Positions 18,434 through 27,407 of a stretch of 64,000 nt of DNA are shown piece after piece. This DNA is from Dehalococcoidia bacterium (GTDB lineage: Bacteria > Chloroflexota > Dehalococcoidia > SHYB01), in assembly GCA_965248515.1 (NCBI GenBank), contig CBDFJU010000003.1:975254-1039253 (forward strand). The letters are read 5' to 3'. A program made the position numbers and the translations under genes. Every line of letters begins with the position of its first letter. Position 1 is the stretch's first letter. A model generated the notes under the pieces. It did not search any database. It was not told where the DNA came from and saw only the letters and a list, made by a program, of their open reading frames with translations.

Positions 18434-18461
18434 TTGACTCTATCAGCGAGAAATGAGTCAA
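18434..18461. promoter_or_regulatory. Perfect 7 bp inverted repeat TTGACTC-N14-GAGTCAA overlapping the predicted promoter of the Ubl/E2/JAB/E1 operon. Candidate operator.
   Basis: Read directly from the sequence. The 5' half is also a -35-like TTGACT. Confidence 0.45.
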
Positions 18462-18524
18462 TATCTTCAATGAGGCCAGTGCGTCTAATGCGCGATGGTT
18501 CTCAATCCGTTGAGGAGTAAAGTA

Positions 18525-18758
18525 ATGCCAGATCAAGGACCAAAGTACCATCTGAACATCGAAGGCACCCTATACGAATGGCCCGAAGGTACGATCACCG
18601 TCCCCGAGATTCGTGAGCTCGGCAGCTTGCCGGCAGACCTTCCGGTAATCGAGATCGACCTTCAGACCAACGAGGAGCGGACGCTGGCTGAGGACGAAAT
18701 CGTCGAACTGAAACCGGGCAAGGGCTTTTCCAAAAAAGTCGGTTGGAAACGTGGATGA
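18525..18758 (+). CDS. Ubiquitin-like beta-grasp protein (Multiubiq/BilA-like) ending in Gly.
   Basis: 77 aa MPDQGPKYHLNIEGTLYEWPEGTITVPEIRELG...KKVGWKRG*. C-terminal Gly. GAGGAG RBS. Its stop overlaps the next start (ATGA). Confidence 0.6.
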   Translation: MPDQGPKYHLNIEGTLYEWPEGTITVPEIRELGSLPADLPVIEIDLQTNEERTLAEDEIVELKPGKGFSKKVGWKRG

Positions 18759-19147
18759 GTGCTCGAATTGCTGATGAGCTTCGGCTGCTCAAGAGCTGGT
18801 ATACGCATCTAGAATACTTAGAGGACGGACATTGGGTTCGGATCCAGGGTTATCCGGTCCCTGACTCGATATGGGCAGTCAATCTAGTCGAGGTCTGCTT
18901 CCAGATCCCAGAAGCTTTACCGGGCCAAGGCCCCTACGGATTCTATGCGCGTCCCGAAATGAGGCTAAGAACCGGAAGCCCGCCGCCTAATAACTACAAG
19001 TACCCCGTTCCAACACCGTTTGGGGATGACTGGGGCAAATTTTCTTGGCAGCTGGAGCCGTGGCGGCCTGGAGCCAAGCCATCTGAGGGCAGCAACATAC
19101 TCGACTTTGCACGGTCGTTCTATGACCGCTTTCGTGAGGGGGTATAG
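18755..19147 (+). CDS. Prokaryotic E2-like (UBC-fold) protein (BilB-like).
   Basis: Operon position between the Ubl and JAB genes. Single conserved Cys (NLVEVCFQIPEALPGQGPYGFYARP). ~130 aa. Confidence 0.5.
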   Translation: MSARIADELRLLKSWYTHLEYLEDGHWVRIQGYPVPDSIWAVNLVEVCFQIPEALPGQGPYGFYARPEMRLRTGSPPPNNYKYPVPTPFGDDWGKFSWQLEPWRPGAKPSEGSNILDFARSFYDRFREGV

Positions 19148-19495
19148 ATGGCGGTAGCCGTCCGGTTCCCGACGCCCTTGTTTGATCGTGTGTGGGATCA
19201 CCTACTCCTCTCCGACACGGAGGAGGCGGCATTCCTCATGGCTGATTATCGCCTCAATGATCAGGGGGGTATATTTGTCGTGTCCGATTTGTATCTAATC
19301 GGACCTGACGACTTTACGTTCCAGTCGAGTTTTCATCTAAGCCTCGCGGACGAAACACGGGTCGCTGTAATCAAGTGGGCGTGGCAACTGGGAGGGTCTC
19401 TGATTGAAGTTCATGCTCATCGGGGGCCGCAGCAAGCCATGTTCTCACATAGCGATATGTATGGCTGTCGATGTCCAGCGATTATGTCCGCCTAA
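19148..19495 (+). pseudogene. JAB/MPN (JAMM) domain protein, N-terminal part (BilC-like), interrupted by IS insertion.
   Basis: JAMM-like motif E-x-HAH-x8-S-HS-D (LIEVHAHRGPQQAMFSHSD). Ends at a TAA that lies inside the IS target duplication. Confidence 0.6.
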
Positions 19496-19496
19496 G

Positions 19497-21062
19497 TGGT
19501 CAGGGAAAATGTCCATCTAGGCCGCTGTCATACCATCGGACTGTGATACGCGGGACCTGCCCCTGGTGCGCATCATGGGCGGGCTCTTGGCTTCGGCGTA
19601 CTTGCGGACCGTGTTCCTGTGGATGCCCAACTCCCTGGCGATTGCCCGAATGGCGAGGCCCCGAAGCTTAGCCTGCTGCACGGCCTTCCACCGGACCCTC
19701 TGTCGCGGCGTGGGTTTCCTGCGTGGCGATGCCGGAGGCTTGCAAACTCTGCCGCCGCCGTTCAATGTGGCGCTGTCGGCCTCGATGGCGTCGAGGGATG
19801 CCAAGCTCTCCTTGGAGTGGCTGCCCACGCCGTTGACCCTACGCTCAAGGCCGGGGCCATATCGGAGAGGACCATTGGAGGCACGGAGAACTCCAGGGCG
19901 CGGCGGCGCCTCCTGTGTGGGGATCGTGCGTCCCCGGTACTGCACGAGGAGCTGACCGTCCAGGCCCTCATGGACCTCCAGCTGCGCTCCGGCGTAGCTA
20001 GGCCGCTCCTTACCAGGCAGCAGCTGCAAGGTACGCCAGTTGTACTTGACGGTGTTGTCCCTGGCCACCTTGCGGCGGTGCTTGAAGCAGAGTATCTGGT
20101 CCAGGGACACCGATGACTCCATAGAGCGGTAAGCAACGCTTGAGTGCTCTGCCGGAACCCCGAACTTCTCGTTGAAGCGCGGCAGGAAGCGGTGCAGGAC
20201 TTCATTGGCCTCGTCGATGGTGGTGACGCCCGCCAAGCGCAGCTCGGTCACCAGCCGGTCCTGGAATGTCCCCGCCGTCCGCTCGACCCGGCCCTTCGCC
20301 TGCGGTGACCTGGCGAATATCTGGCGTATCCCCAGCTCCTCCATGGCGCGGGCGAACTGGGTTGGCCCGGCCGGCTTCTGGCGAGGCTCTCCAGTATGCT
20401 TGAAGACCGCGTGTCGGTCGCTGTAGACGGCCAGCGGTATCCCGCATTGCCGGATCAACCCCTCCATGAGAAGGAAGTAGCCGCGGGTGTCCTCCTCCTG
20501 GCTGAACAGAGCGTCAGGCACAGTGCCGGTGGCGTCGTCCACGGCCAACAGCAGGACGAACCGGGGTCCTTGTTCCCCCAGCCACCGATGGTGGCTCCCA
20601 TCTATCTGCAGCAGCATCCCTTCTTGGGCCATGCGTTTGCGCCGGACACGGTGTCTGGGCGGCCGGCGGCGGCGGGGGCTGTCCACGCCGGCGCTGACCA
20701 GGATGCGGCGCACCGTAGAGCGGCTCAGGTCGATCCCCTCCCGTTCCATCAACAACTCGGTCAGATGCGTATGGTTCGTTCCAGCGTAGCGAGTGCGGGC
20801 CAGCTGCACCACGTAAGTCATCTTGGTCTCCGTCGTGGTGTTGGCCGGTCGGCGGCCACGATTCCCGTGGGCGAGTGCGGCGGCGCCCTCCTTCCTCTAG
20901 GCCGCCAGAATACGCCTCATGTGGCGTTCGCTCACTCCCAGGACCTCGGCCGCCTGACATACCGGCACCTGATCTGCCAGAACGCTGTTGAGCACCTGAA
21001 GTCTCGTCTGCTCCTTCTGCGTCAATGTCACTCCTTCCATGGGATGACATTTTCGCTGACCA
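19497..21062 (-). mobile_element. IS481/ISNCY-like insertion sequence (~1.57 kb) with ~17 bp inverted repeats, inserted in the JAB gene.
   Basis: Ends TGGTCAGGGAAAATGTC... and ...GACATTTTCGCTGACCA. Flanking taag|IS|(g)ttag looks like a 4-5 bp duplication with one mismatch. Confidence 0.7.
19517..21040 (-). pseudogene. DDE transposase (IS481/ISNCY-like) with an in-frame TAG (minus strand, 20899-20897) where the family consensus has Tyr.
   Basis: N-terminus MEGVTLTQKEQTRLQVLNSVLADQVPVCQAAEVLGVSERHMRRILAA*RKEGAAALAHGNRGRRP..., then DDE core LLQIDGSHHRW...LLLAVDDATG...AVYSDRHAVF. Confidence 0.65.
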
Positions 21063-21063
21063 G

Positions 21064-21309
21064 TTAGCTACTGACATAATCGTAGAACAACGACAGTATG
21101 GCCTCCAAGAATTTGTACCTCACGCCCGGTGGCAGCTCGGTGGGCGTCCGTATGCTGCCCTGGTCGTAGCCGAGGATTCGTACGATGGTCTCGCCTGGGT
21201 TGATGAATCGGGAAATCCTCAGGCAATCGAGATCATCATGATCGACGACAAGGTCCTAGATGCCACGGGGCTCACTTTCACAGCGCTGAAGAAGCGTCGC
21301 TATGAGTAG
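21064..21309 (+). pseudogene. JAB/MPN domain protein, C-terminal part, displaced by the IS. Overlaps the E1 start.
   Basis: In frame with the N-terminal part once the IS and one duplication copy are removed (…PAIMSA-L-ATDIIVEQRQYGLQEF...KKRRYE*). Its stop overlaps the E1 ATG. Confidence 0.55.
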
Positions 21310-22157
21310 CGGTGACCGTTATGGCAGACAAATCGCTCTCTTCGGGCGCGAGGGTCAAGAGCGCCTCGAGCGTGTAGGAGTCATGATCGTAGGGCTCGGT
21401 GGTCTCGGATCTCATATCGCTCAGCAACTATCGTTTCTTGGGGTACAGCGATATGTGCTTATTGACCACGATACCGTCACCACGTCAAATCTAAATCGGC
21501 TCATCGGCGCCACTGATGCGGACGCGGACCTCATGACTCCGAAAGTTGAAGTTAGTCGCCGCCTAATCGAAGCTGTTCAACGGGATTCTCAAGTCACGAT
21601 CATCAGCGAGGAGCTGAACAAAGGATTGGTCAGTGCACAACGCGCCGTTCAAGCATCGGACGTTGTTTTTGGCTGTGTTGACGATGACCTCGTCCGACTG
21701 CACCTGACAGAGCTGGCGTCAATTCATGGCAAGCCGCTCCTCGACTCAGCAACTGACGTGGGAGCGAACGGGACCTCTCTTTGGTACGGAGGGCGGGTAG
21801 TCTTCGCTGCTGACGGGAAGCGCTGCCTTTCGTGCCTTGGACTCCTCGATCAACAGCTGATGGCCCGGTCAAGCATGACATCCGAACAGAAGGCGATCGA
21901 CGACAGCATTTACGGTGTTCCCACCGACGCGCTTGAAGGGACAGGCCCTTCTGTTGTCTCGATCAATGGCCGTCATCGCCTCCATCGCAGTCACCGAGTT
22001 CGCGGTTTGGGCGACTGGTCTCAGGCGCCCTTGGCCTCACTCTATTTATCGCGCCGACCTCGGAATTGTGACAAAGAGCATGGACGCGCCCGCTGAGGAC
22101 TGCTTTTACTGTAAGACACTTTGGGGCACCGAAGCCGACGATAAAAAGTCCAACTAG
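21302..22157 (+). pseudogene. ThiF/MoeB-type E1-like activating enzyme (BilD-like) with an apparent frameshift near 21985.
   Basis: DRYGRQIALFGREGQERLERVGVMIVGLGGLGSHIAQQLSFLGV...NLNRL, first CxxC (CLSCLG). After ...GPSVVSING the conserved continuation VIASIAVTEFAVWATG...CFYC... is in the +1 frame. Confidence 0.7.
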
Positions 22158-22310
22158 TCACGATCGATGAGATGCTAACTCCCGTTCCAGCACGAAGCGG
22201 AACTGGGGTTTTGAGAAACCGCGCTCACAAGACCTGTCAAGTATCATTGGCACACGAATCGCCAATCCCCTTGCTATAATCCGCACACTCCGTGGACGCC
22301 GCGAGACCCA

Positions 22311-23342
22311 ATGCCCAACGCCACTGTCGCCGTATGCTGGCCGATAGCCGACGATCTCATCGAACGGCTCCAGGCCTTCTCGCCAGATGTCCACGTCGTC
22401 AAGGCCGACGAGCTCATCCAGCGCGAGAACGAGTTGCTGGTCAGCGATCCTGGCGGCGCCGAGCGGGGTGAGGTCTCGAGCCGGCTCGACGCCGTTCTTC
22501 GCGACGTCGACGTCCTTCTCACCGGTGGGTTGACCGCGGACAACTTCCCCGCACGCACGCCGAACCTGAAATGGATCCAGGGAATCGGCGCCGGGATGGA
22601 CCGTATCCTCAACAACAAGGGCCTTCGCGAGGAGGTCGTTCTCACCAACGCGCGCGGCATGATAGCGCGCCCCATCGGCGAATGGGTTATCGGCGCAATC
22701 CTGGCGTTCGCCAAGCGCATGCCGACGTGGGCCGAACGCAAGCGCGAGCACGACTACACGCGCATGGGGCTGACGACGACCAGTGTTCAGGGCAAGACGG
22801 TCGGCATCCTCGGCTTCGGCAATATCGGCTCCGAGATCGGCCGTATCGCCCGCGTGCTGGACATGCGTGTCCTCGCCACGAAGAGGTCGGAGCGCGGCGG
22901 GCGCGGCGACGAAGCTCACGCCGACGTCGTGTACCCCATGTCCGAGACCGACGCCGTCATCGAGGCGAGCGACTTCCTCGCCATCGCGCTGCCCCTCACC
23001 GCGGAGACACATCACTGCGTCGACCGGCGGCGGATCGGGCTGATGAAACCCAGCGCCTATCTGGTGAACGTCGGCCGCGGCCCGATCGTCGACCAGCCGG
23101 CGCTGATCGATGCTCTCCGGAATGGGCGCATCGCGGGCGCGGCGTTGGACGTCTTCGACCCCGAGCCCTTGCCCAAGGAGAGCCCGCTCTGGGACCTGGA
23201 CAACGTTATCTTCTCGCCCCACGTGTCGGGCCTCGTCGACGACTATCAACAAAGGGTTGTCAGGCTGTTCGAGGACAACATGCGTCGCTACCTCGCTGGG
23301 GAAGGGCTTCGTAACGTGGTCGACAAGGAAGCAGGCTACTGA
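22311..23342 (+). CDS. D-isomer-specific 2-hydroxyacid dehydrogenase family (PGDH/GHPR-like).
   Basis: GxGxxG NAD site GILGFGNIGSEIG, catalytic R...E...H block (VGRGPIVDQ...LDVF). Confidence 0.85.
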   Translation: MPNATVAVCWPIADDLIERLQAFSPDVHVVKADELIQRENELLVSDPGGAERGEVSSRLDAVLRDVDVLLTGGLTADNFPARTPNLKWIQGIGAGMDRILNNKGLREEVVLTNARGMIARPIGEWVIGAILAFAKRMPTWAERKREHDYTRMGLTTTSVQGKTVGILGFGNIGSEIGRIARVLDMRVLATKRSERGGRGDEAHADVVYPMSETDAVIEASDFLAIALPLTAETHHCVDRRRIGLMKPSAYLVNVGRGPIVDQPALIDALRNGRIAGAALDVFDPEPLPKESPLWDLDNVIFSPHVSGLVDDYQQRVVRLFEDNMRRYLAGEGLRNVVDKEAGY

Positions 23343-23345
23343 GGG

Positions 23346-23657
23346 CTAGCCCCAGTCCTTGTCGGCGGGAAAGATGCTCGACACCTCCCACCGGCCCACG
23401 ACTTCGGTAGCGAGGCCGCCGAGGACGCCGCGGAACCTGGCAAGGTGCGGCGAGGCCCGGTGCTCGACCAGCGCGTCCTCGTCGCGATAGACCTCGTGGA
23501 GCAGGATCACGTTCGGGTCTCCCCGGTCTGCGTAGATGTTGAAGCCCATGCAGCCCGACTCATCCCGCAACGCGCTCTCGGCATCGTCGACGATCGCGTC
23601 GATGAAGGTTTGCCGCTGTTCGGGCTTTACTCGAAAACCGACAATAATCGCGATCAT
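23346..23657 (-). CDS. Antibiotic-biosynthesis-monooxygenase (ABM/Dabb) domain protein.
   Basis: ~100 aa MIAIIVGFRVKPEQRQTFIDAIVDD...HLARF. GAGGAGG RBS. Confidence 0.55.
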   Translation of the reverse strand: MIAIIVGFRVKPEQRQTFIDAIVDDAESALRDESGCMGFNIYADRGDPNVILLHEVYRDEDALVEHRASPHLARFRGVLGGLATEVVGRWEVSSIFPADKDWG

Positions 23658-23787
23658 GGGGGCCTCCTCACCTTTTGCCTCGCTTCGGCGTGGCCTATCA
23701 TACTGCAGGCTCATGGGGTGCGTTGAAGGTATAATCTCGTGTCGTCGCCCTTCCACGAGTAGGCCGCGACGCCAAGGAGGCGTTCCA

Positions 23788-23973
23788 ATGCCGATCGTTC
23801 GAGTCGAGATGTTCTCGGGTCGCTCTAGCGAGCAGAAGGCCGAGCTGGCCAAAGCCATAACCGACGCCGTGGTCCGGATCGCCAAGACCTCGGCGGATGC
23901 GACCACGGTGATCTTCAGCGACATCGACAAGGGGAATTGGGCCGACGCGGGCGAACTCGCCTCCGAAAGCTAG
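23788..23973 (+). CDS. 4-oxalocrotonate tautomerase family protein.
   Basis: MPIVRVEMFSGRSSEQKAELAKAITDAVV... Pro1 tautomerase signature. 61 aa. Confidence 0.7.
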   Translation: MPIVRVEMFSGRSSEQKAELAKAITDAVVRIAKTSADATTVIFSDIDKGNWADAGELASES

Positions 23974-23997
23974 CTCGAGGAAGCAGGGTCGAGCGTC

Positions 23998-24756
23998 ATG
24001 CGACTCGCCGGAAAGGCCGCCATCATCACGGGCGCCGCCGATGGCATCGGTCGGGCCACAGCCGTGAAGTTTGCCCAGGAAGGGGCGGACTCGCTGCTGT
24101 TCGATATCAACCGCGCTGGTGTCGAGGAGACTGCTGCCCGCGTCGTGGAGACGGGCCGCCGTGGCGAGGTCCTGGTCGGAGACCTCGCGGATGCGGACAC
24201 CCTTCAACGGATCGTCGACACCGCGGTCGAGCAGCTCGGTGGCTTCGACATCCTCGTCAACAACGCAGGCATCTTCTCCGGGGGGCACATCCTGGAGTTC
24301 TCCCCCGAGGACTACGACCGGCTGATGTCCATCAACCTGCGCGCTCCCTTCTTCCTCGCCCAGCTCGCCGGCAGGTATTGGGTGGCCGAGGGCAGGCCTG
24401 GCCGCATCGTGAACCTCTCGTCGGTCAACGCGCTGGTGGCGCTGCGGGACTCGGCGGCCTACACCGCGTCGAAGGGGGCCATCACGGCGCTCACGAGGGC
24501 CCTTGCACTGGAGCTGGCGCCCAATGACATCACGGTGAACGCTGTTGGGCCAGGGGTGATCCGCACCGGCATGAACCGCGGGCTGCTCGATGGGACACGG
24601 CTCGAGGACTCATGGACCAAGCGCACGCCTCTGGGCCGCTTGGGCGACCCCGCGGACATCGCCAACGCGATCGCCTTCCTGGCCTCCGACGAGGCTTCGT
24701 ATATCACCGGCCAGATCCTCTACGTCGAAGGGGGCCGGACCATCCGCATGGCCTGA
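23998..24756 (+). CDS. SDR-family oxidoreductase.
   Basis: ITGAADGIGRA, NNAG, YTASKGA. Confidence 0.85.
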   Translation: MRLAGKAAIITGAADGIGRATAVKFAQEGADSLLFDINRAGVEETAARVVETGRRGEVLVGDLADADTLQRIVDTAVEQLGGFDILVNNAGIFSGGHILEFSPEDYDRLMSINLRAPFFLAQLAGRYWVAEGRPGRIVNLSSVNALVALRDSAAYTASKGAITALTRALALELAPNDITVNAVGPGVIRTGMNRGLLDGTRLEDSWTKRTPLGRLGDPADIANAIAFLASDEASYITGQILYVEGGRTIRMA

Positions 24757-24857
24757 CAACGCTGCGAGCGCCTGTTCCCTGTATCCCGTTCCTTGTTCCC
24801 CTTCGCCGCTTTTGCTATGCTGACGCCGCTCTCCACTTTCAATTCGAGTGTTGCTGA

Positions 24858-25496
24858 ATGCCGGTAATCTTCCAAGGCGGTATCGAGGTTCGCAAGATCA
24901 GCGCGGGCCCCTATGACAACAACGTCTACGTGATCGTCAGTCCATCGACCAACGAGAGCGTGATCATCGATACCCCAGCGGAGCCCGAGAAGGCGCTCGC
25001 GGAGGCCGCGGGCACCGACGTCAAGGCAATTCTCATTACACACTGTCACTTCGACCATATCCTGGGCCACCAGGAGATCAAGGAAGCGACGAAGGCCCCC
25101 GTTTGGGTCCACGAGAGCGAGGCCGACAAGTTGCCCTTGCCGCCGGAGCACTTCTTCGAGCACGGAGGGACCATCAGCTTCGGAGGCGTGAACCTCGATA
25201 CGATTCACGTTCCCGGCCATACCACCGGCGGCACATCGATTCTCTGGGGCGACCAGCTTTTCACCGGCGACACCCTGTTCCCTGGCGGCCCTGGCAAGAC
25301 GTGGTCCCCGGACGCCTTTCAGGAGCTCGTCCAGATGTTGCGCGAGCGCGTCTTCGTCTTGCCCGACGACATGGCGGTCCACCCGGGCCACGGCGCCGGT
25401 ACCGTGCTCGGGCGCGAGAAAGAGCAGTTCCGCAGCTTCTCCGAGCGGGACCACAAGCCTGACCTCCATGGCGACGTCCTCTGGCTGAGCGCGTAG
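24858..25496 (+). CDS. MBL-fold metallo-hydrolase (glyoxalase II-like).
   Basis: THCHFDH zinc motif, HVPGHTTG. Confidence 0.8.
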   Translation: MPVIFQGGIEVRKISAGPYDNNVYVIVSPSTNESVIIDTPAEPEKALAEAAGTDVKAILITHCHFDHILGHQEIKEATKAPVWVHESEADKLPLPPEHFFEHGGTISFGGVNLDTIHVPGHTTGGTSILWGDQLFTGDTLFPGGPGKTWSPDAFQELVQMLRERVFVLPDDMAVHPGHGAGTVLGREKEQFRSFSERDHKPDLHGDVLWLSA

Positions 25497-25513
25497 CCGG
25501 GACCGGCGAGCGT

Positions 25514-26773
25514 ATGTACGAGAAGGCTATCCTCCCCAACGGCCTCCGGCTCCTCACCGTTCCCATGCCCCACGTCCGCTCCGTGACCGTCGCGATGTTC
25601 CTTGGCGCCGGCTCCCGCTACGAGTCCGACGAAGAGGCCGGCCTCTCTCACTTCCTCGAGCACATGCTGTTCAAGGGAACGCGGCGTCGGCCGTTGGCGC
25701 AGGAGATATCGGAGACGATCGAAGGCGTCGGCGGCTATATGAACGCCAGCACTGATCGTGAGGTGACGACCTACTGGGCCAAGGTGGCGAAGCACCACTT
25801 CGGGACCGCACTCGACCTGCTTTCCGACATGATGCTCAACTCGGTCTACGACCCGAACGAGATGGAGCGCGAGCGTGGCGTTATCCTCGAAGAGATCGCC
25901 TCTGTGAACGACTCGCCGCAACAGCGCGCCGACCTGCTCATCGACCAGGTCCTCTGGCCTGATCAGCCCCTGGGCCGAGACATCGCCGGCACGAAAGAGT
26001 CAGTGTCCTCCATCACCCGGCCGCAGATGATGGAATACCTGGGTTGTCAATACGCTCCGAGCAACGCGGTGGTGGCTGTCGCCGGTGACCTGGCCCATGA
26101 GGCCGTCGTGGACAGCGTGGCCGCACTCCTGGGGGAATGGTCGCCGGCTGAGCCCAGGTCGTGGTTCCCCGCGATCAACGGACAGAAGTCCCCGCGCGTG
26201 CGGCTGCAGCCTCAGAAAACGGAGCAGGCGCACGTCTGCATCGCCTTCCCGGCCCTCTCCAGCAAGCACCCCGACCGCTACTCCCTCGATCTGCTCAACG
26301 TCATTCTCGGAGAGGGGATGAGTAGCCGCCTCTTCGTCGAGATACGGGAGCGGCAGGGGCTGGCTTACGACGTGCACAGCTATGTGACGCATCTTCTTGA
26401 TGATGGCGCGGTGACGATCTATGCCGGTGTCGAGCCAAAGAAGATCGACGCCGCGATCAACGCCGCTCTATCTGAGGTCAATCGACTCCGCGACGGCGTT
26501 CCAGAGCACGAGCTCCACAAGGCCAAGGAGATGGTCAAGGGCCGGCTCCTTCTGCGGACCGAAGACACCCGCAGCATGGCCGGGTGGGTAGGCGCTCAGG
26601 AGCTTCTGCGCGGCGAGATCAACACGGTCGACGACATCGTCGACATTATCGACGCGGTTCAGGCCGACGATCTGCAACGGATCGCCGGCGACATCTTCAA
26701 CGCCGATAAGGTAAACTTGGCGGTGGTGGGCCCCTATCGCAGCGAAGCGAGGTTCCAGCGGCTCGTACAATAG
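25514..26773 (+). CDS. M16-family zinc peptidase (pitrilysin/insulinase-like).
   Basis: HFLEH inverted zinc motif, GAGSRYE. Confidence 0.85.
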   Translation: MYEKAILPNGLRLLTVPMPHVRSVTVAMFLGAGSRYESDEEAGLSHFLEHMLFKGTRRRPLAQEISETIEGVGGYMNASTDREVTTYWAKVAKHHFGTALDLLSDMMLNSVYDPNEMERERGVILEEIASVNDSPQQRADLLIDQVLWPDQPLGRDIAGTKESVSSITRPQMMEYLGCQYAPSNAVVAVAGDLAHEAVVDSVAALLGEWSPAEPRSWFPAINGQKSPRVRLQPQKTEQAHVCIAFPALSSKHPDRYSLDLLNVILGEGMSSRLFVEIRERQGLAYDVHSYVTHLLDDGAVTIYAGVEPKKIDAAINAALSEVNRLRDGVPEHELHKAKEMVKGRLLLRTEDTRSMAGWVGAQELLRGEINTVDDIVDIIDAVQADDLQRIAGDIFNADKVNLAVVGPYRSEARFQRLVQ

Positions 26774-26813
26774 CCGTTGAGCACGGGGCCACTCCCAGTC
26801 CGGAGGTGCTGTC

Positions 26814-27401
26814 ATGGTGCAAACGCTGAAAGGTCGGGTTGTCGTAATCGACCCGTCGGGGCACGTCTGGCGCGAACCGACCTCCCTGGCGAAACGGGTC
26901 GAGTCCTTCGAGGGCAAAACGGTCGGCTTGCTCGACGATGGGGTTGCCGCGAGCCATATCGTCCTCGAACGTATCGGTGAGCTGCTCCAGGAACGGAACG
27001 GGGTTGGCAGGGTCATCCTCGTGCGCAAGCCGAACCTCTCCGCCCGGGTCCCCAAGGCAATGTACGAGGACCTGAAGTCGCAAGTCGACTTCATGGTCGT
27101 TGGGGTGGGGGCCTGAGGCTCCTGCACGTCGTGCTGTATGCACGACGGGATCAGCTTCGAGACCGATGGTATCCCCGCCGCCGTTGTGGTCCTCGATGTC
27201 TTCAAAGAGCTGGCCTTCATGAAGCGCCGCCAGCTCGGCCGTGAGAACTTTGAGCCCATCATCCTTCCCGGCTACATCGGCGTCCCCGAGGTAAACCGGG
27301 CAAAAGCCGAAGAGGCCTATCCGGGCGTGATCCAATGGCTGACCCAGGGGACGCTGTCCCCGAAGGCGGCCCAGCCCGCCGCCGCCCCGGTCAGCCTCTA
27401 G
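26814..27401 (+). CDS. UGSC-family predicted selenoprotein. The in-frame TGA at 27114-27116 is read as Sec.
   Basis: The two listed ORFs (26814-27116, 27138-27401) are in the same frame, separated only by TGA. Context VGVGA-U-GSCTSCCMHDGI gives a U-G-S-C redox motif. A perfect 8 bp hairpin starts 10 nt after the UGA. SelD in this window is also Sec-containing. Confidence 0.6.
27127..27147 (+). promoter_or_regulatory. Candidate bacterial SECIS hairpin (CGTCGTGC-TGTAT-GCACGACG), 10 nt after the UGA.
   Basis: Read directly. Spacing is compatible with bacterial SECIS elements. Confidence 0.4.
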
Positions 27402-27407
27402 CAGCCC

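Noticed and set aside
19517-19700. C-terminal ~60 codons of the IS481/ISNCY-like transposase ORF resemble a second N-terminal HTH (LAIRAIARELGIHRNTVRKYAEAK), suggesting a nested second IS.
   Set aside because: No second inverted-repeat pair or duplication was found. Treated as part of the same transposase pending database comparison.
22158-23252. 364 aa minus-strand ORF.
   Set aside because: Antisense to the D-2-hydroxyacid dehydrogenase, which has clear NAD-binding and catalytic motifs.
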